A stretch of 64,000 bases of DNA from Squalus acanthias (GCA_030390025.1 CM059432.1:26414001-26478000), one strand, 5' to 3'; numbered from the stretch's first letter, positions 12,591 to 26,700 are shown. A program made the numbers and translations. Notes: generated by a model not told the origin, from the sequence alone.

Positions 12591-14141
12591 TATATAAGAA
12601 TACAAATGTCAGGGTTGAATTTTTTTGCTGTTAAGGAGTATATAAACAGCACAGGCATTTTATTTTAGGCAGGAAAATCAGGTGCAAGTGGTTTCTACCT
12701 GCTTCGTACCCATTAAAACACTTCTCTCTCGTTATCCTCCTGCCGAGTCCTCACTGACCTGATCTGCATATGACACCATGTGATGGCCAGTGTTACAGTG
12801 GCTGAAAGTGCACTCTGAGTAGTTAATGCACTCTGAGTATGTTAGACATAAGAGGTGCAGCAGCTATTAGAATCATCTGATCAAGGTGGAAGTGAGGAGG
12901 CTTTGAGCCTGAAGAGATTAAACACTAATTTATTCATCTAGGAAACACACTTTAAAGTGGTTTTTTTTCAGCGGGGTGCAGGGGGGGGATTTCTGACTGC
13001 AAATATCTGCACTTGCTTATGATTACTTCTGTCAGGGTCAGCCCACTGGCATATTTTCAGACTCCCCTACACCCACTACCCGCTGCCTTCTTGGTGCTGA
13101 TGTTACTGATGTTGTCATACTTCTTGAAAAGTATGCTAAAACATATTGAGGAGACACGCAGTGAACTTATGTGAGAGTGAAGTGAGAGAGGCAAGGACTG
13201 CTCTTTTCTTAGCTAGTTGTCTCCCAGTCTGCTGCTGGTGTGCAGACTGAAGAGTGTTTATAGAGGTTGCACCTGAATTTCCATGCGGTTCAGCTACTTA
13301 CATCTGTTTTACATGGGTTTTACTCCAACGCCGACCTTACCCCAGTGCCAATCTCCAATGCAATCTCTTTTATGTTTAATTCGGTGATTAATGACTGATG
13401 TCATCATCATTAAGAGGTAACCAGTGCCCTCTTAAAGGGGTACCACCAATAAACTGTAAATTAAGCATATTTTAAATGAAACTTATCAAATCAGAATAAA
13501 ATTTGGTCCCAGGGGGTGATGAAGCACTCCAGTCCAGTGCCCACCAGTCTCGGAAGCCCTCAAGTGGCCGGTGAAGACCGCGTGCTCCCTCTCCAGGGAC
13601 ACCCGGGCGTGGAGGTAGCCGCGGAAGAGATGCAGTCGGGTTGAATGACCCCCTCGACTGCCCGCTACCTGGACCTGACCTCCAATGCAAGTGAGCAGAT
13701 GCAGAAAACCCGAGTGTAACTCCCTCTACAGGCCACTGGCTGGCATAACAGGTTTTTAAGAGCTGCAACAGCAGCGAACTCACTTCGAGGAAATAGCCTC
13801 ACACCGTGTTGCTTAGGAATTTGGGTTACTACAGGGGTATTATATATGTTAAAAATGCTATTATTAAGCTAAACTTAGCTCTCAAGGGATTATATTCACA
13901 GGCTAGCAATCCGGGCCAGTATGCATTAGGTTTCAGATGGGACAATGAAAGATAGTTTGGCATAACATTGATTGTTCACATTCATAGCTGCCGTGACAAC
14001 TTTATTCATTAGAATTACTCAGAAGTCATTGCCAAGTTAAGCTAGTGGTTTCAGCTTTGGAAGGGGGGGTGGGTGTTGACAATTTGACTAAAAGCTGACA
14101 CTGGAGTCAGGCTTTTTAAAACAGAGCTGCAATCAAGCAGC

Positions 14142-14543
14142 TTTTTTTAATTTATTCGTTCACAGGATGTGGGCGTCGCTGGCAAGGCCAGCATTTATTG
14201 CCCATCCCGAATTGCCCTTGAGAAGGTGGTGGTGAGCCACTGCAGTCCTTTTTTGTAGCGGTTTTTTACAACTGAGTGGCTTGCTAGACCATTTCAGAGG
14301 GCAGTTAAGAATCAACCACATTGCTGTGGGTCTGGAGTCACATATAGGTCAGACCAGGTAAGAACAGCAGATTTCCTTCCCTAAAGGACATTAGTGAACC
14401 AGATGGATTTTTACGATAAGCTGATAGTTTCATTCCAGCTTTTTATTCCAGATTTATTTAATTAACTAAATTTAAATTCCCCAGCTGCCGTGGTGGGATT
14501 TGAATTCATGTCTCCTGATCATAACCACTATGCTACCGTACCC
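14142..14543 (-). mobile_element. tRNA-headed SINE sharing its head/core and 3' tail with LINE family B
   Basis: On minus: A box TAGCATAGTGG (14525-14535), B-box-like GAATTCAAATCCC (14495-14507), core ctggttcactaatgtcctttagggaagg..., then the family B tail and an A-run. Confidence 0.85.
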
Positions 14544-16844
14544 AAAGCTTAGTATTGTGAGAAGTATTTAAAAACAGGAGAGAGGAATTAGAAAATTATC
14601 TTTAAATCAAGCAAGGCAGCCCACTGAAATGGGATATCGTATCAAGATCACAAGGTTTGTTATTGTTGCATCCCTGGGTTATGGTATTGTACATGCAGAT
14701 ATGGGGCAGTCTGAGTTAATTCCCATAAAAGTAAGATGCTGGACCACTTAAGAGAATGACCCATTCCACTGAACCTGAGAAAGTATCCAGGAAAGACCTA
14801 AGTTTGTAACAAGAACAAAGCATAAAATGAGAAAGGCCATTTAGTCCATCAAGCCTATTCTTTCCACAGATGATGTACAATTTATTCTATCGTGGCCTCT
14901 ATCCCACCCATTTAATCTCCGGATTATACTTCAGGATAAGCAAGCAGAAGTCCAGAATATCCCTCATCCTCACATCCCTACTGTTCAAACTGGGCCTTGT
15001 ACAGACATTCCCAGGTATTCATTATTCTATGTATGACCATCTGCACCCTTCAACTGTATTCCACCCTGTAACTCACTCCCAAGTGTGAATTATTTTATAC
15101 TTACATAAACCATCTGAACCTAATGATTAGATTCAAGTCCATAACTCACTCTTGGGTATCCCATCTAATTATCTCTTTATTTTTACTTAGCATAATTTAG
15201 TCATTTTGGATGCAGGTTTGGCAATCTCACACTTAATCACCCCGAAGAAGGAAGATAAAATATTGCCGCTCGTTCACAATTTAATGATTTATACGGATCA
15301 CATTTTTCCAGGAACTATTCAGACACTTCAGCCATCATACCAATATGCTCAGCATGTGTTGGTAGTTGTACGTGAGAAATTCTAAAATGTAGGTGATGAA
15401 AAATGTATAAAGATTTTATTGTTAACTATAAATTCCTGCTGTATATTTTTAATATTTACAGGAGTGTAAGTGATTTTTCAATAAAAGCCATTTGTTTGGA
15501 AACATGTAAATAGGTCAACTCCTGCAGGCTGCAATCTGTAAGAGTTATTAATGTAATATCCAATAGGGCAGAACAATAGGGGGCCTCCAGTACAGCAGGA
15601 CGTCTCTGATCTCGTAACTCTAATGCAGTAACTTATGCAGAGCTCAGAGAACAGACGTGAAGGGGATAGTAAAATTCAGTAGGAGTGTTTGTTTGATAGT
15701 ATGCAAAGCTGTGGAATTTCAACCATTTTTTTACCCTCCCTTGCTCCAAATTTCCTCCCTCATATCCTGGACTCACTAACCCGCACTTGGGTTGCAATTT
15801 CTCAAGTGCTGGATGCCATCCCGTACCTTGCTGAAGTGGTACCTCGAGCATTTTGTGTTTGGCTATAATACATCCTCCAGCTCCCAGGAGGCAGTTGGTT
15901 CTAATGTGTTCAAATGTGTTCTATTTCTGCTCAATCTTGCCCAGCGTGTTTACTGAGTCAGTCTCTCCCTGTGAACCTGTTCAGCCAGTAACTACCTCGT
16001 AACTATTTATTGTTGATAGAGGCCCAAGAATTAGGTGCCTCCTTTTACTAAATTCATACAGGATGGAGTGGGAGACTGGGTTAGTAGCTTGAAATTTGAG
16101 GTCTTATCTTTGCTAATGATGAAAATTAATTGAAAATCTTAATAATTAATCTCTCCCCTTCATTGGACACAAGTGAATGGTTGTTACTTTCTTTTGTCTT
16201 TTGATGTCCAGTTCTGCATTTTGGAAATTCCCAGTTCAAATAGAGCCTGTCCAGTCCAATGCCCTATGCCAGCAGTTGGGCTCCCAGATTCCTGTACGCA
16301 TGGATAAAACTAACCAGTGTGAACCATTCCCCTCTCGGTAGATGAATGCTCTCCACAGGAGAGCAACAGAAGGGTGGTGCATTCTATCGTAAGTTAGCTG
16401 TGAACATTAACTAGCTATAACACAACCCAATATTAATTAGTTAGCAAAACAGTAGCTCAATTGCAGTTTTCCTATACTTCTTTAGGCTACGTTTAGTTTT
16501 TGACAGCATGCAGGAGCAGTTTGTTAGAAGACTGATCAGGAGCTGGAAGCCTTGCAGCTGTATTGGGAATATTAGTTTATTTTCCTCCCAGTATCTTGCT
16601 GCCCTTTCCACACAGTAGCAGTGAAGTGGTACGATTTGCCAAGTGCCTGACATTGATGAATGCAAGCTGCACTGCCAACTCCAAAGGAGATAAAATTAAA
16701 TCTAAACTAGATCGCCATAAAGAACCCCATTTACTGTAATGTTTGACTGAATGAGGTCCAGCTCATCACATCAAAGAGAATCATCAGCTTCCCTCTCACC
16801 CCACCCTCCCCCGCCCTTGCTCAGTTGCTAAAGGCACAGTCTAA

Positions 16845-17170
16845 TGTGAACTAGATAATGCCAGCTCTGTGCAGAATTAGTTGAAGTCAGCCAGGGAAGT
16901 GGCAAGGGCACTACAATTGGCTTCAGCATGACAGGCCTAAAACAAGATCAGCCAAAGTTCGTGCTCCTAAACGGGACCAGTGACTCGTGCTGGATATCAG
17001 ACAAGGGCTCAGTAGTGATGTTCAAATGGGTGATCAGCAAGTCTTGACTTACATATGAAGAACAGAACGTGGACGATCTACTGGAGGGCAACTAGTGCCT
17101 GTCAAACCACACCACAACATAAGTAAAACCCTTCCTGAGAGAAGGGAAGAAAATTGGAGGGAGAAAATTG
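16845..17170 (+). mobile_element. Old SINE-like repeat, family S1
   Basis: gggcactacaattggc...atcagcca...gctcct...catatgaagaa...gaaaattggagg, homologous to 630-950. Confidence 0.55.
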
Positions 17171-17629
17171 GTCGGAAAATTGTAGAACCTAGGTTAGCTG
17201 TTGGACTTTGGAAAGCTTAGACACCAGGATGAGAGAATTGTGAATGATCAGCACTGTATAGATGGCTGTTGGGAATATATCAGAAGGGCAGCACCTGGGT
17301 CACCAGTGTTGTACTCAAGTATACAAGCAGCGAGAGGCATGCTTCTATACATGTTTTAGCATTGTAGCTTAGATAAAAGTATAGGTAGTATTGAAGGATA
17401 GGACCGAGAGTGTCCAAGGAGATCCCTGGCTGCATGGCCAGGCTATTTGCTTAGGATTGCATTTTCAAAATACACAAAATGCATTGTCATTTGTTTGGAC
17501 TCGGATGCATGCTATCAGGTTAAGTTCTGAACTGTTTTATTTAACCTCAGCCTGTAAGTGGCAGGCCCTCAGCAGACTCATGGTCCTCAATAGTAACCCC
17601 ACCACGACCGGTGGGAAGAGGTCGGGGGC

Positions 17630-17970
17630 GGGGGGGGGGTGGTGGTAGGTGGGTTAAACCCTAGGAAACAGGGAACACGTCCTCAACCCGACACGCACAT
17701 GGCTGTTGCTGTTTTTATGGCTGCGGGTAACGAGATGTGAGAGTGTCCCGTCTTGGAGAGGTGGGAAACTTCATTATCATATTTAAATCAGGCTCCCGCA
17801 GTGCAATTGAAAGCCTGATTTAAATTAACTCCTGCCAGCTGGGTTTCCCAGTGCTCGGGAAACCCGGCAGCAAAATGGAGACCTGAGCTGCCGGCTCCAG
17901 AATGTAATTGCTTTTTATAACACTCCTTGTGGGCCACGAGGAGCAGGAGTGCTCCCCCCAGCTCCTCAAG
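17630..17970. mobile_element. Probable decayed MITE fragment
   Basis: Motifs such as gggtttcccagtgctcgggaaacccggc resemble subterminal motifs of the MITE at 6209; no clear TIR pair. Confidence 0.35.
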
Positions 17971-18767
17971 CAAACCTTTGGCCTCCCCTCTGCCGATCGT
18001 GGCCTCTCTCTTGCCCCTACCACAATCGGCAGCCCTCCTCCCTCCAAGTCTCGATTTGAAGCCTGCCCGCCATTGTAAGGTCCTGCTGACTCTCTCCCTT
18101 TCTCCTACCCCTCAACCCCTCCAAACTCCACATCAATAAATTCTCCTAAGCTCCCAGCAATAAGCACAGCAGAGATTTCTGGCAGCAAATGTATAAAAAG
18201 TTTGGCAGTAAGAGAGTGAGTGGTCAGGATTCTTCTCCCGACGGCAGTGTTCCAGTGGGGTGGGATGTCCTCCGACCTCTCAGACACAGACAGAATTTTG
18301 ACCCATTTCCTTGTTTTGGATTCATCAGCTGTGCATGACAGGCTCATAGTGGAATTCCCATCACTAAGGGAGCCTGCCATTGACAAACTGTAAAATCCCT
18401 AAAGGACTGCTGTAGCACCAGAAGAGCTGGAACGCCATTAAAGGGGCAGAAGTATCCCGAAAATTGAACCAGCTGTCCCACTGAAAGCCTCAGCCAAGAC
18501 TGATGCCTTCACAGGTCAGGACTGGGGGAGGAATAGAGGGATAGGATGCCAATACAAGAACCCCTTCCCTCATGGGGGCTGTTATCACCGCTTTTAAGGG
18601 CCTACTGTCACCGTGGCTCTCGGAAGCAGCGGTAACAGGTGGATGGTAGGTAAGTCCATGGGAAACCTGCCTCCTGCCACCATTTACATGCAGTAGGTGG
18701 GGAAGGAGAGGTCAGCAAAAATCTCAGTGAGATGGGGGAGGTAAATGTAGGTTGAGCAGTAAGATGG

Positions 18768-19146
18768 CTCTACTCGGAGCTCCGACACGGCAAGAGAGCC
18801 CCGGGTGGGCAGAGGAAACGCTTCAAGGACACCCTCAAAGCCTCCTTGATAAAGTAAAACATCCCCACTGACACCTGGGAATCCCTGGCCCAAGACCGCA
18901 TAAAGTGGAGGAGAAGCATCCGGGAAGGCGCCGAACACCTCGAGTCTCTTCGCCGGGAGCAAGCGGAAGCCAAGTGCAAGCAGTGGAAGGAGTGCACGCC
19001 AACCCAAGCACCCCACCCACCCGCCCCTTCAACCACCGTCTGCCCCATCTGTGACAGAGACTGTAGGTCCCGCATTGGACTCATCAGTCACCTGAGAACT
19101 CATTTTTAATGTGGTTCTGAGGGACTGCCTAAGAGAAGAGAAGAAA
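18768..19146 (+). mobile_element. RTE-clade LINE 3' fragment
   Basis: LYSELRHGKRAPGGQRKRFKDTLKASL...CPICDRDCRSRIGLISH; tail gagggactgcctaagagaagag; same family as 28513-29697. Confidence 0.85.
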
Positions 19147-19427
19147 GTAGTCCTCAGCATCTGAATTCTTCCTCATTCTCCACTGCAATTTCACCCAATT
19201 TCACAGAGGAGAACCCAGAACAATGTCTTTGTCTGCTAGGATAACAGGCTCCCCCTTTAATAGACGTCTGTGATTTGAGCAAACTACCAGACTATGTGCA
19301 AATACAGTAAGGAATGCCTTAAACTGCAATAGAGCTTCACCACCATGCATGACTCTGGGGATCAAAGTAGGGTTCATCTTTGCTTTTATTATTGCTTCAT
19401 TCTGTCTGTATAGAAGAGAACAACCAG

Positions 19428-20035
19428 CATGATTGAGGGGATGGAGGAATTGGATTATGAGGAGCAATTATGTAAATTGGGCATGTTCTCACTAGAAAAG
19501 AGAAGGTTGAGAGGTGATACGATTGCGGTTTTTAGGATTCTAAAGGGACTAGATGGTGTAGACCATGACAAGCTATATCACCTTGTCCAGAACAGTACAA
19601 CCAGAGTGCATGACCTGTGCTTGAAGGGAAGTAAATTCTAAACTAATCTGCAGAAACAACATTTCATCGAGCGAGTGGTCAATCTATGGAATAGACTCCC
19701 TAGGGAGACGGTGGAGGCAGTTAATATTGATTCATTCAAATACAAATTAGATAGATTTCTTTCAGAAATAATATTTTTAGATACAGTATATGAGTAATTT
19801 GAGACATGACACGTTGTAATGCTTGGGAGGCAAAAAATAACTGGATCTATGGTTCCCAAAGCTCTCCACCACTGGGGCTTTCCTCATGTCATTTCTGGGT
19901 CTGTTATAGACGAATTGAGAGACTGATTGCTATGATTATCAATAACTCCATTATTATTGCATTATGCAACTACCAGGACAAACTAGATGGACATTGGTCT
20001 TTTTTATCTAGCAATTCCTATGTTCTTATGTTTAT
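19428..20035 (+). mobile_element. CR1 3' fragment with long 3' UTR
   Basis: GMFSLEKRRLRGD...NLWNRLP; ends in cctatgttcttatgtt. Confidence 0.75.
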
Positions 20036-20104
20036 ATAGGGGATAGGTGCACTGAATAAGGAGGCTGGGACAGATATATATTTAAGAAGGGGGATAGAAC
20101 ATGT

Positions 20105-20985
20105 CCAGGGAATTATAGACCAGTCAGCTTAACATCGGTGGTCGGAAAAAGTAATGGAATCCCTCCTAAAGGGGAAAATAGAAGAACATCTAAAAACCAA
20201 AAACATAGTAATGAATAGTCAGCATGGATTTCAAAAGGGAAAGTCTTGCTTGACCAACCACATTGAATTTTTTGAAGAGGTAACAGCGAGATTAGACAAT
20301 GGTAATGCAGTAGATGTAATTTATCTAGATTTTTCAAAAGGCCTTCGATAAGGTACCCCATAATAGACTGATGAACAAGGTCAGAGTATGTGGAGTCAGG
20401 GGACAAGTAGCTGTCTTCAAGACAGAAAGCAGAGAGTCGGGATAAAGGGTAGCTATTCACAGTGGCAGAAGGTGGGTAGTGGTGTTCCACAAGGATCAGT
20501 GCTGGGACCACTGTTGTTCACAATTTATATTAACGATTTAGACTTTGGATCAAAAACACAATTTCTAAATTTGCGTATGACACCAGATTGGGGGGGATAG
20601 TCAATACTGAGGAATTACAAATTACAGGAAGACATTAATAAATTTGCAGAATGGGCATTTAATTGGCAAATGAAATTCAACACAGATAAATGTGAGGTAT
20701 TACATTTTGATAGGAAGAACAGGGAGGGTGCGAATCTAGGTGGGGTAGGGGAATAAAGGGATCTCGGAGTACAAATACACAAATCACTAAAAGTTCTGAC
20801 ACAGGTTAGCAAGGCCATTAAAAAAGAAAACCAAGCACTAGGGTTTATTTCTAGAGGTATAGAATTGAAAAGTAGGGGAGTTATGCTAAACCTGTATCGA
20901 ACCTTGGTTAGACCACGCTTAGAGTACTGCGTACAGTTCTGGTCGCCATATTATAAAAAGGATATAGAGGCACTGGAGAGGGACA
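20105..20985 (+). mobile_element. CR1 RT fragment
   Basis: QHGFQKGKSCLTN, GVPQGSVLGPLLF and LEYCVQFWSP. Confidence 0.88.
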
Positions 20986-21308
20986 GTGCGAGGTTATGGT
21001 TTTAAATAGTTTCAGTTAACATCCAAGCCTATTGTAAGGATATTAATGAAACAACTGTCTATAATCTGGTAATACTAAAGATCCCAATTAGATGATGACT
21101 TCCATCTCTGTCTATTTCTGTTGTTAGCTCACACTATAACATGTAACAATTTGTCTGTAGCCTCTCATCATTGTACAATCTATTGTTCTGAACCCTTTCT
21201 CCACCATTATGGACAGTTCATTTGTTCTGACGTAAATAAAAGATTATGATTTAACCTTTAATATTTACACAAATGTGTTGTAAAAGGAAAAATATAGTCC
21301 TCAAAAGA

Positions 21309-22360
21309 TTTTTTTTAATTAATTCTCGGGATGTGGGTGTCGCTGGCAAGGTCGGCATTTATTACCCATCTCTAGTTGCCCTTAAGAAGGTGGTAGTGGA
21401 AGTTCTTCTTGAACCACTGCAGTCTGTGTGGTGAAGTTGCTCCAACAATACTGTTAGGTAGGGTATTCTAACTGGGTTTTGACCCAGTGGCAATGAAGGA
21501 ACAGTGATATATTGTGTGACTTGGAGGGAAACTTGAAGGTAATGGTGTTCCCATGCTCCAGATTCCCTTGTCCTTCTAGGTGGTGGAGGTTGCGGGTTTG
21601 GGAGGGGCTGCCGAAGAAGCCTTGGTGAATTGCTGCAGCACATCCTATAGATAGCACACACTGCAGCTATGATATGCTGATGATGGAGATTTAAGCTGGC
21701 AGATGGGGTGCCGATAAAGCAGACAGTTTTGTCCTGTATGGTGTCGAGCTTCTTGAGTGTTGTTGGAGATGCAGTCATCCAAGTAAGTATTCCATCACAC
21801 TCCTGACTTGTGCCTTGTAGGTGGTAGAGAGGCTTTGGGGAGTCAGGAGGTGAGACACTCAAAGAAGAATACTCAGTCTCTGACCTGCTCTTGTAGCCAC
21901 AGTATTTATGTGGCTGGTCCAGTTAAGTTTCTGGTCGATGCTGACCCCCAGGATGTTCATGGTGAGGGACTCAGCTATGGTAATGCCATTGAATGTCAAG
22001 TGGAGGTGGTTATGCTCTCTTTTGTTGAAGATGGTCATCGCCTGACACTTGTGTGGCGCAAATGTCATTTGCCATTTATCACTCCAAGCCTGGATGTTGT
22101 CCAGATCTTGCTGCCTGCGGGCATGGACTGCTTCATTATCTGAGGAATTGCGAATGGAACTGAACACTGTAACCTTCAGCAAACATCCCCACTTCTAATC
22201 CTATGATTGAGGGCAGATTATTAATGAAGCAGCTGAAGATAGCTGAGCCTAGGATGCTGCCCTGAGGAACTCCTGCACTGATGTCCTGGGGCTGAGATGA
22301 TTGGCCTCCAATGACCACAACCATCTTTCTTTGTGCCAGGTATGACTCCTGCCACTGAAG
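21309..22360 (-). mobile_element. 5'-truncated LINE, family B
   Basis: GVPQGSILG, QDLDNIQAWSDKWQMTF and the family B tail at 21309-21400. Confidence 0.85.
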
Positions 22361-23339
22361 AATGAGTTACTACAAACAACGTATGATCAAGCCAAACATT
22401 ACAGCGACTACAGATGGCACTATTTCAGATTATGTTATTGAGAACCTTAGGGTGAAGGGCCAAATCCCATAGAGCAAGACACCACCAAAATCAAATAGAG
22501 CAGGAGAGAAGACAATCATGAAGAAATGATCAGATGACAAATTGGGTTTTGAAAACCTGCAAATTGCAAAAGGAAGGAAAGGCTAACAGAGGTAAAGAGG
22601 GGCACAGCTTTGAAGTTGTGGCAAAGGGCGAGTTAGAGACTGAGGATGCAGAATGGAGGATAGGTGTGTAAGACAGTAAAAATAAATGAGAAAAACTCAC
22701 TTAGCCATGTTGGGAGAAATGGAATTTTCAGAGCAACGCTTTTATGTTCCTGATCATATTGGAGGAAAGGGGAAAGGTCCAGTCGACGATCTGAACCTTG
22801 TCTGACCCATCCTGGTTTTGGGCAGACAGTGCACAATGCTATCAGTTGGTGTGAGGGGGAAAAAAAACATGTTGTGGAATACAAATTAAAAAGAATATCA
22901 AACCAGACCTCCAAACAAAACACGCTGGAAAAAGCAATTGTAGCATTGCCAACCTAATCAAAGCATTGATAGCACTGAGTGGTACCAGGGCACAAATATA
23001 TTGAAGCATTCAGTAATATGAGCAGTCAGCATCTTGCTGCAATGTCTCGTTCAGCTACATCAATACAAAAGATTGGAAGCAATTGAGGAAACGTCCTTTA
23101 GATTCTTCCTCTCTTAGCCTGGCTTTAGAAATATAACAAAACCCACTGAGAATCAATTCTGCAAGATCAAATCATTATTTTCTTACAAAATGTTACAGTT
23201 TCCTCCCCATTGTTTTTTTCTCTTGCGCCACATAACTTCTGCGACCAATCAGATACTGCCTCAGAATTTCCCCAAAGCTCCGTTATAGCCAATCGACTGC
23301 CAGAGATAGAATTCCAGGCATTACCTTCCTGGTGCTGGC

Positions 23340-23580
23340 CCCCTCCCTCCGGTGATTTGGTGAGTGAAAGTATCATCCAGTGTGCGACTGAGCTATGCAA
23401 ACCAAGATAGTCCCAAATTCAATCACAGTCTGTACTGATCCCCCGAGCCAGCTGTAAAGGGGCACCACAATTAACCACAACCCCCCCTGGAGGTCAATTG
23501 TGCTGCCCCTTTATATCTGGCCCAGGGGTTTCAGTACAGACTGTGGAGAGGAAACCTCTTATCAATATCCTGCTCCTGAT
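23340..23580 (+). mobile_element. Old SINE-like repeat, family S1 (5' part)
   Basis: actgagctatgcaaaccaag...ggggcaccacaatt...gctcctgat. Confidence 0.45.
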
Positions 23581-23587
23581 CCATTTT

Positions 23588-23790
23588 GTTTTATGCAGCA
23601 AGTTGTTATGATGTGGAATGCACTGCCTGAAACGGTGCTGGAAACAGATTCAATAGTAACTTTCAAAAGGGAATTGGATAAATACTTGAAAAGGAATAAT
23701 TTGTGGGGCTATGGGGAAGGAGTGTCGGAGTGGGGCTAATTGAATAGCTTTTTCAAAGAACCAGCACCGGCCAACTAGCCTCCTTCTGGA
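23588..23790 (+). mobile_element. CR1 3' end fragment
   Basis: MWNALPETVLETDSIVTFKRELDKYL. Confidence 0.8.
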
Positions 23791-23792
23791 GG

Positions 23793-26700
23793 GTTAATAA
23801 CCTTGTAGTAAAGGGGCCGTTAGCGAAGAGTGACCATAATATGATAGAATTTTATATTGAGTTTGAAAGTGATTTAGTTAAATCCGAAACTAGGGTCTTA
23901 AATCTAAACAAAGCAAACTACGTAGGTATGAGGGGCGAGTTGGCAAAGGTATGTAGAGTTTCGCAATTATCGCGATTCTAATAATATGAGAGAAGCAGGT
24001 TCAATTGAACATTTTTATTGAACGGAAAGCTGCTTTTAAAATAAAGGGTACAGAAGCCTGGAGAATGGCCACCGAGCATCGTGGCAGAAGTTTCCAGAGA
24101 CACAGTGGGCAGACAAGATGGCGTTGAATATACATTCATTATGAGACCATACCCGGTACGAATTGAAAAGGCAGGATGCAACCCATTTGCATTTTGAACA
24201 AAAACAATGATATAAGTGCTTGAATCGTTTCATACGCACAGTAAGAATCATTGAACTGGACAATCGGGGGCCCATCCAGACACATCAATACACAAATACC
24301 CCCCCCAGCTCAACAATGAGAGAGACATTGGCGGGTGATTGGGCCAGTTTTCAGGGGGTCCCAAAACCAGTTGAGGAGACGATTTATACACATCCTGGCT
24401 GGCTCAACAATGAAGAAGGCATTAACGGATAGTTGGCCAGTTTCAGGTGATCCCGAAACCAGTTAAGAAGATAATTACCCCATGCTGGGAATTTTGGGTG
24501 CCAAAATCAAACAAAGGACAACACTTTGATTTGAGCGGGAGATAAGGTCGACAAAACAGTATAACTATAGAGAACAAATGTTCCTCAAGGAGATGAAGCA
24601 GTTACAGTGACGAGTTACGGTCAGTTACGGAGAAAAGAGGAATCAGGTCGTGTCTTGTGCGTGTCCTGCCCGCGGGGCTGTGCTGGTCCGGTGTTCGAGT
24701 GTTGGGTGAAGTCCGAGTTCGTTGTTTGTGGTCCGTGTCGGCCAGAAACGGAACCTCAGAGCGAGCCACCTCGACACGGCAGGCAGTAGGGTACACCATC
24801 CCGATTGTTGGTAAACGGTGTCCGGACCCATCAGGGCAACGCAGCGGTGTGTTCCCGAGCGACCAGCCGTCGGTGGCGAGGAAGAAGGGAATCTCGGCCA
24901 AGCGAGGCCCGAGTGACGAGAAGAAAGACGAGAAGAAATTCCACGTGGCGCTACGGTCAGTAAAACCCCGACCGCACCCGAAGATAAACGGCGGAGTCCA
25001 CCTCTTTGAATTCTACCGAATACTTCATGATATCAGGGAGACAGGCCTACCCTCTGGTTCTTTGAGCGGATAGCCTGGGTCATCCGCGATGGATATCCAT
25101 CGGGGCTGTCTCAAGTGGATCCATCGCGGCAACGAGTGTAAACAAGTCGGGCGCAGAAACCCTTACAGCCACGTGACAGCCAGGCGCTGCAGCGAAAAAC
25201 TGAGAGCCTCATTTTAAATTCCGAAGTAAGCCGAGCGGTGAGCATACTTCCGATCCTACAAATCCAGACATAGTTTAGGTATTCTAAGGGAGGGTGGTTC
25301 CTAGGGTTAATGTGTAATGTGTTCCCCCTTTTTCGATGTGTCGTGTGTTCCCCATTTGTATAGACCAAGTTTTATAGACGTGTGTATACTTTTAATTTCT
25401 TTGATCTGCGCATATGACATGTATTTCATTATTTTGGACACCATACAATAAAGGCATTCATTTCGTGCTATTCAACCAGGTCTATTTGAGTTTTTCTCTG
25501 CATTACTGCTCCTTTGCATCTAAGTCCAGGTGTCAGAACCGTAAGGGCGAGTGGGTCGAACCACTCACAGGTGATTATTGCAAAAGTCTGGCCGGAGACC
25601 AGAGCAAGCAATAGTACAGGCAACGAAAGCCTCACCTCGCACGAGCCCCCCTTACAGGTAGATTGAGAAACTACATTAAAAGGAATGACGTTAGACAAGC
25701 AATGGCTAGAATTTAAAGAATTAATATATAATTTACAACAAATATACATTTCTTTAAGACACAAAAAGACACAGAAACCCACAGGAAAAGTGGTCCAAAA
25801 GATTAGCAAAAGTAAATGGGGGTCCTTTACAGGTTGAGACAGGAGAAATTATAATGGGGAATAAGGAAATGGCAGAGAAATTAAACAAATTCTTTGTATC
25901 TGTCTTCATGGAAGAAGATGCAAAAAACTTCCCAGAAATACAGGCTCTAGTGAGAATGAGGAAAGTACTGGAGAAATTAATGGGACTGAAAGCCGATAAA
26001 TCCCCTGGACCTGATGGCCTACATCCTAGGGTTTTGAAAGAGGCGGCTATAGAGATAGTGGATGCATTGGCTGTCATTTTCCAAAATTCCATAGATTCTA
26101 GAACGGTTCCCACAGATTGGAAGGTAGCAAATGTAACCCCGCCATTTAAGAAAGGAGGGAGAGAGAAAACAGGGAACTACAGACCAGTTAGCAAGACATC
26201 AGTAGTAGGGAAAATGCTAGAATCTATTATTAAGGACATGGTAACAGGGCACTTAGAAAATAATAATAGGATTGGGCAGAGTCAACACAGATTTATGAAA
26301 GGGAAATTGTGTTTCATGAATCTGTTAGAGTTTTTTGAGATTGTAACTAGCAGAATAGATAAGGGGGAACCAGTGGATGTGGTGTATTTGGATTTTCAGA
26401 AGGCATTCGATAAGGTACCACACAAGAGGTTATTAAACAGAATTAGAGCTCATGGGATTGGGGGGCAATATACTAGCATGGATTGAGGATTGGTTAACGG
26501 ACAGACAACAGAGAATAGGAATAAACGGGTCATTTTCGGCTTGGCAGGCTGTAACTAGTGGGGTACCGCAAGGATCAGTGCTTGGGCCTCAGCTATTCAC
26601 AATCTACATCAATGATTTGGATGAGGGGACCAAATGTAATATATCCAAGTTTGCTGATGATACAAAGCTGGCTGGGAATGTAAGTTGTGAGGAGGATGCA

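Noticed and set aside
16335..16395. Candidate micro-exon ending in GTAAGT
   Set aside because: Too short to distinguish from chance.
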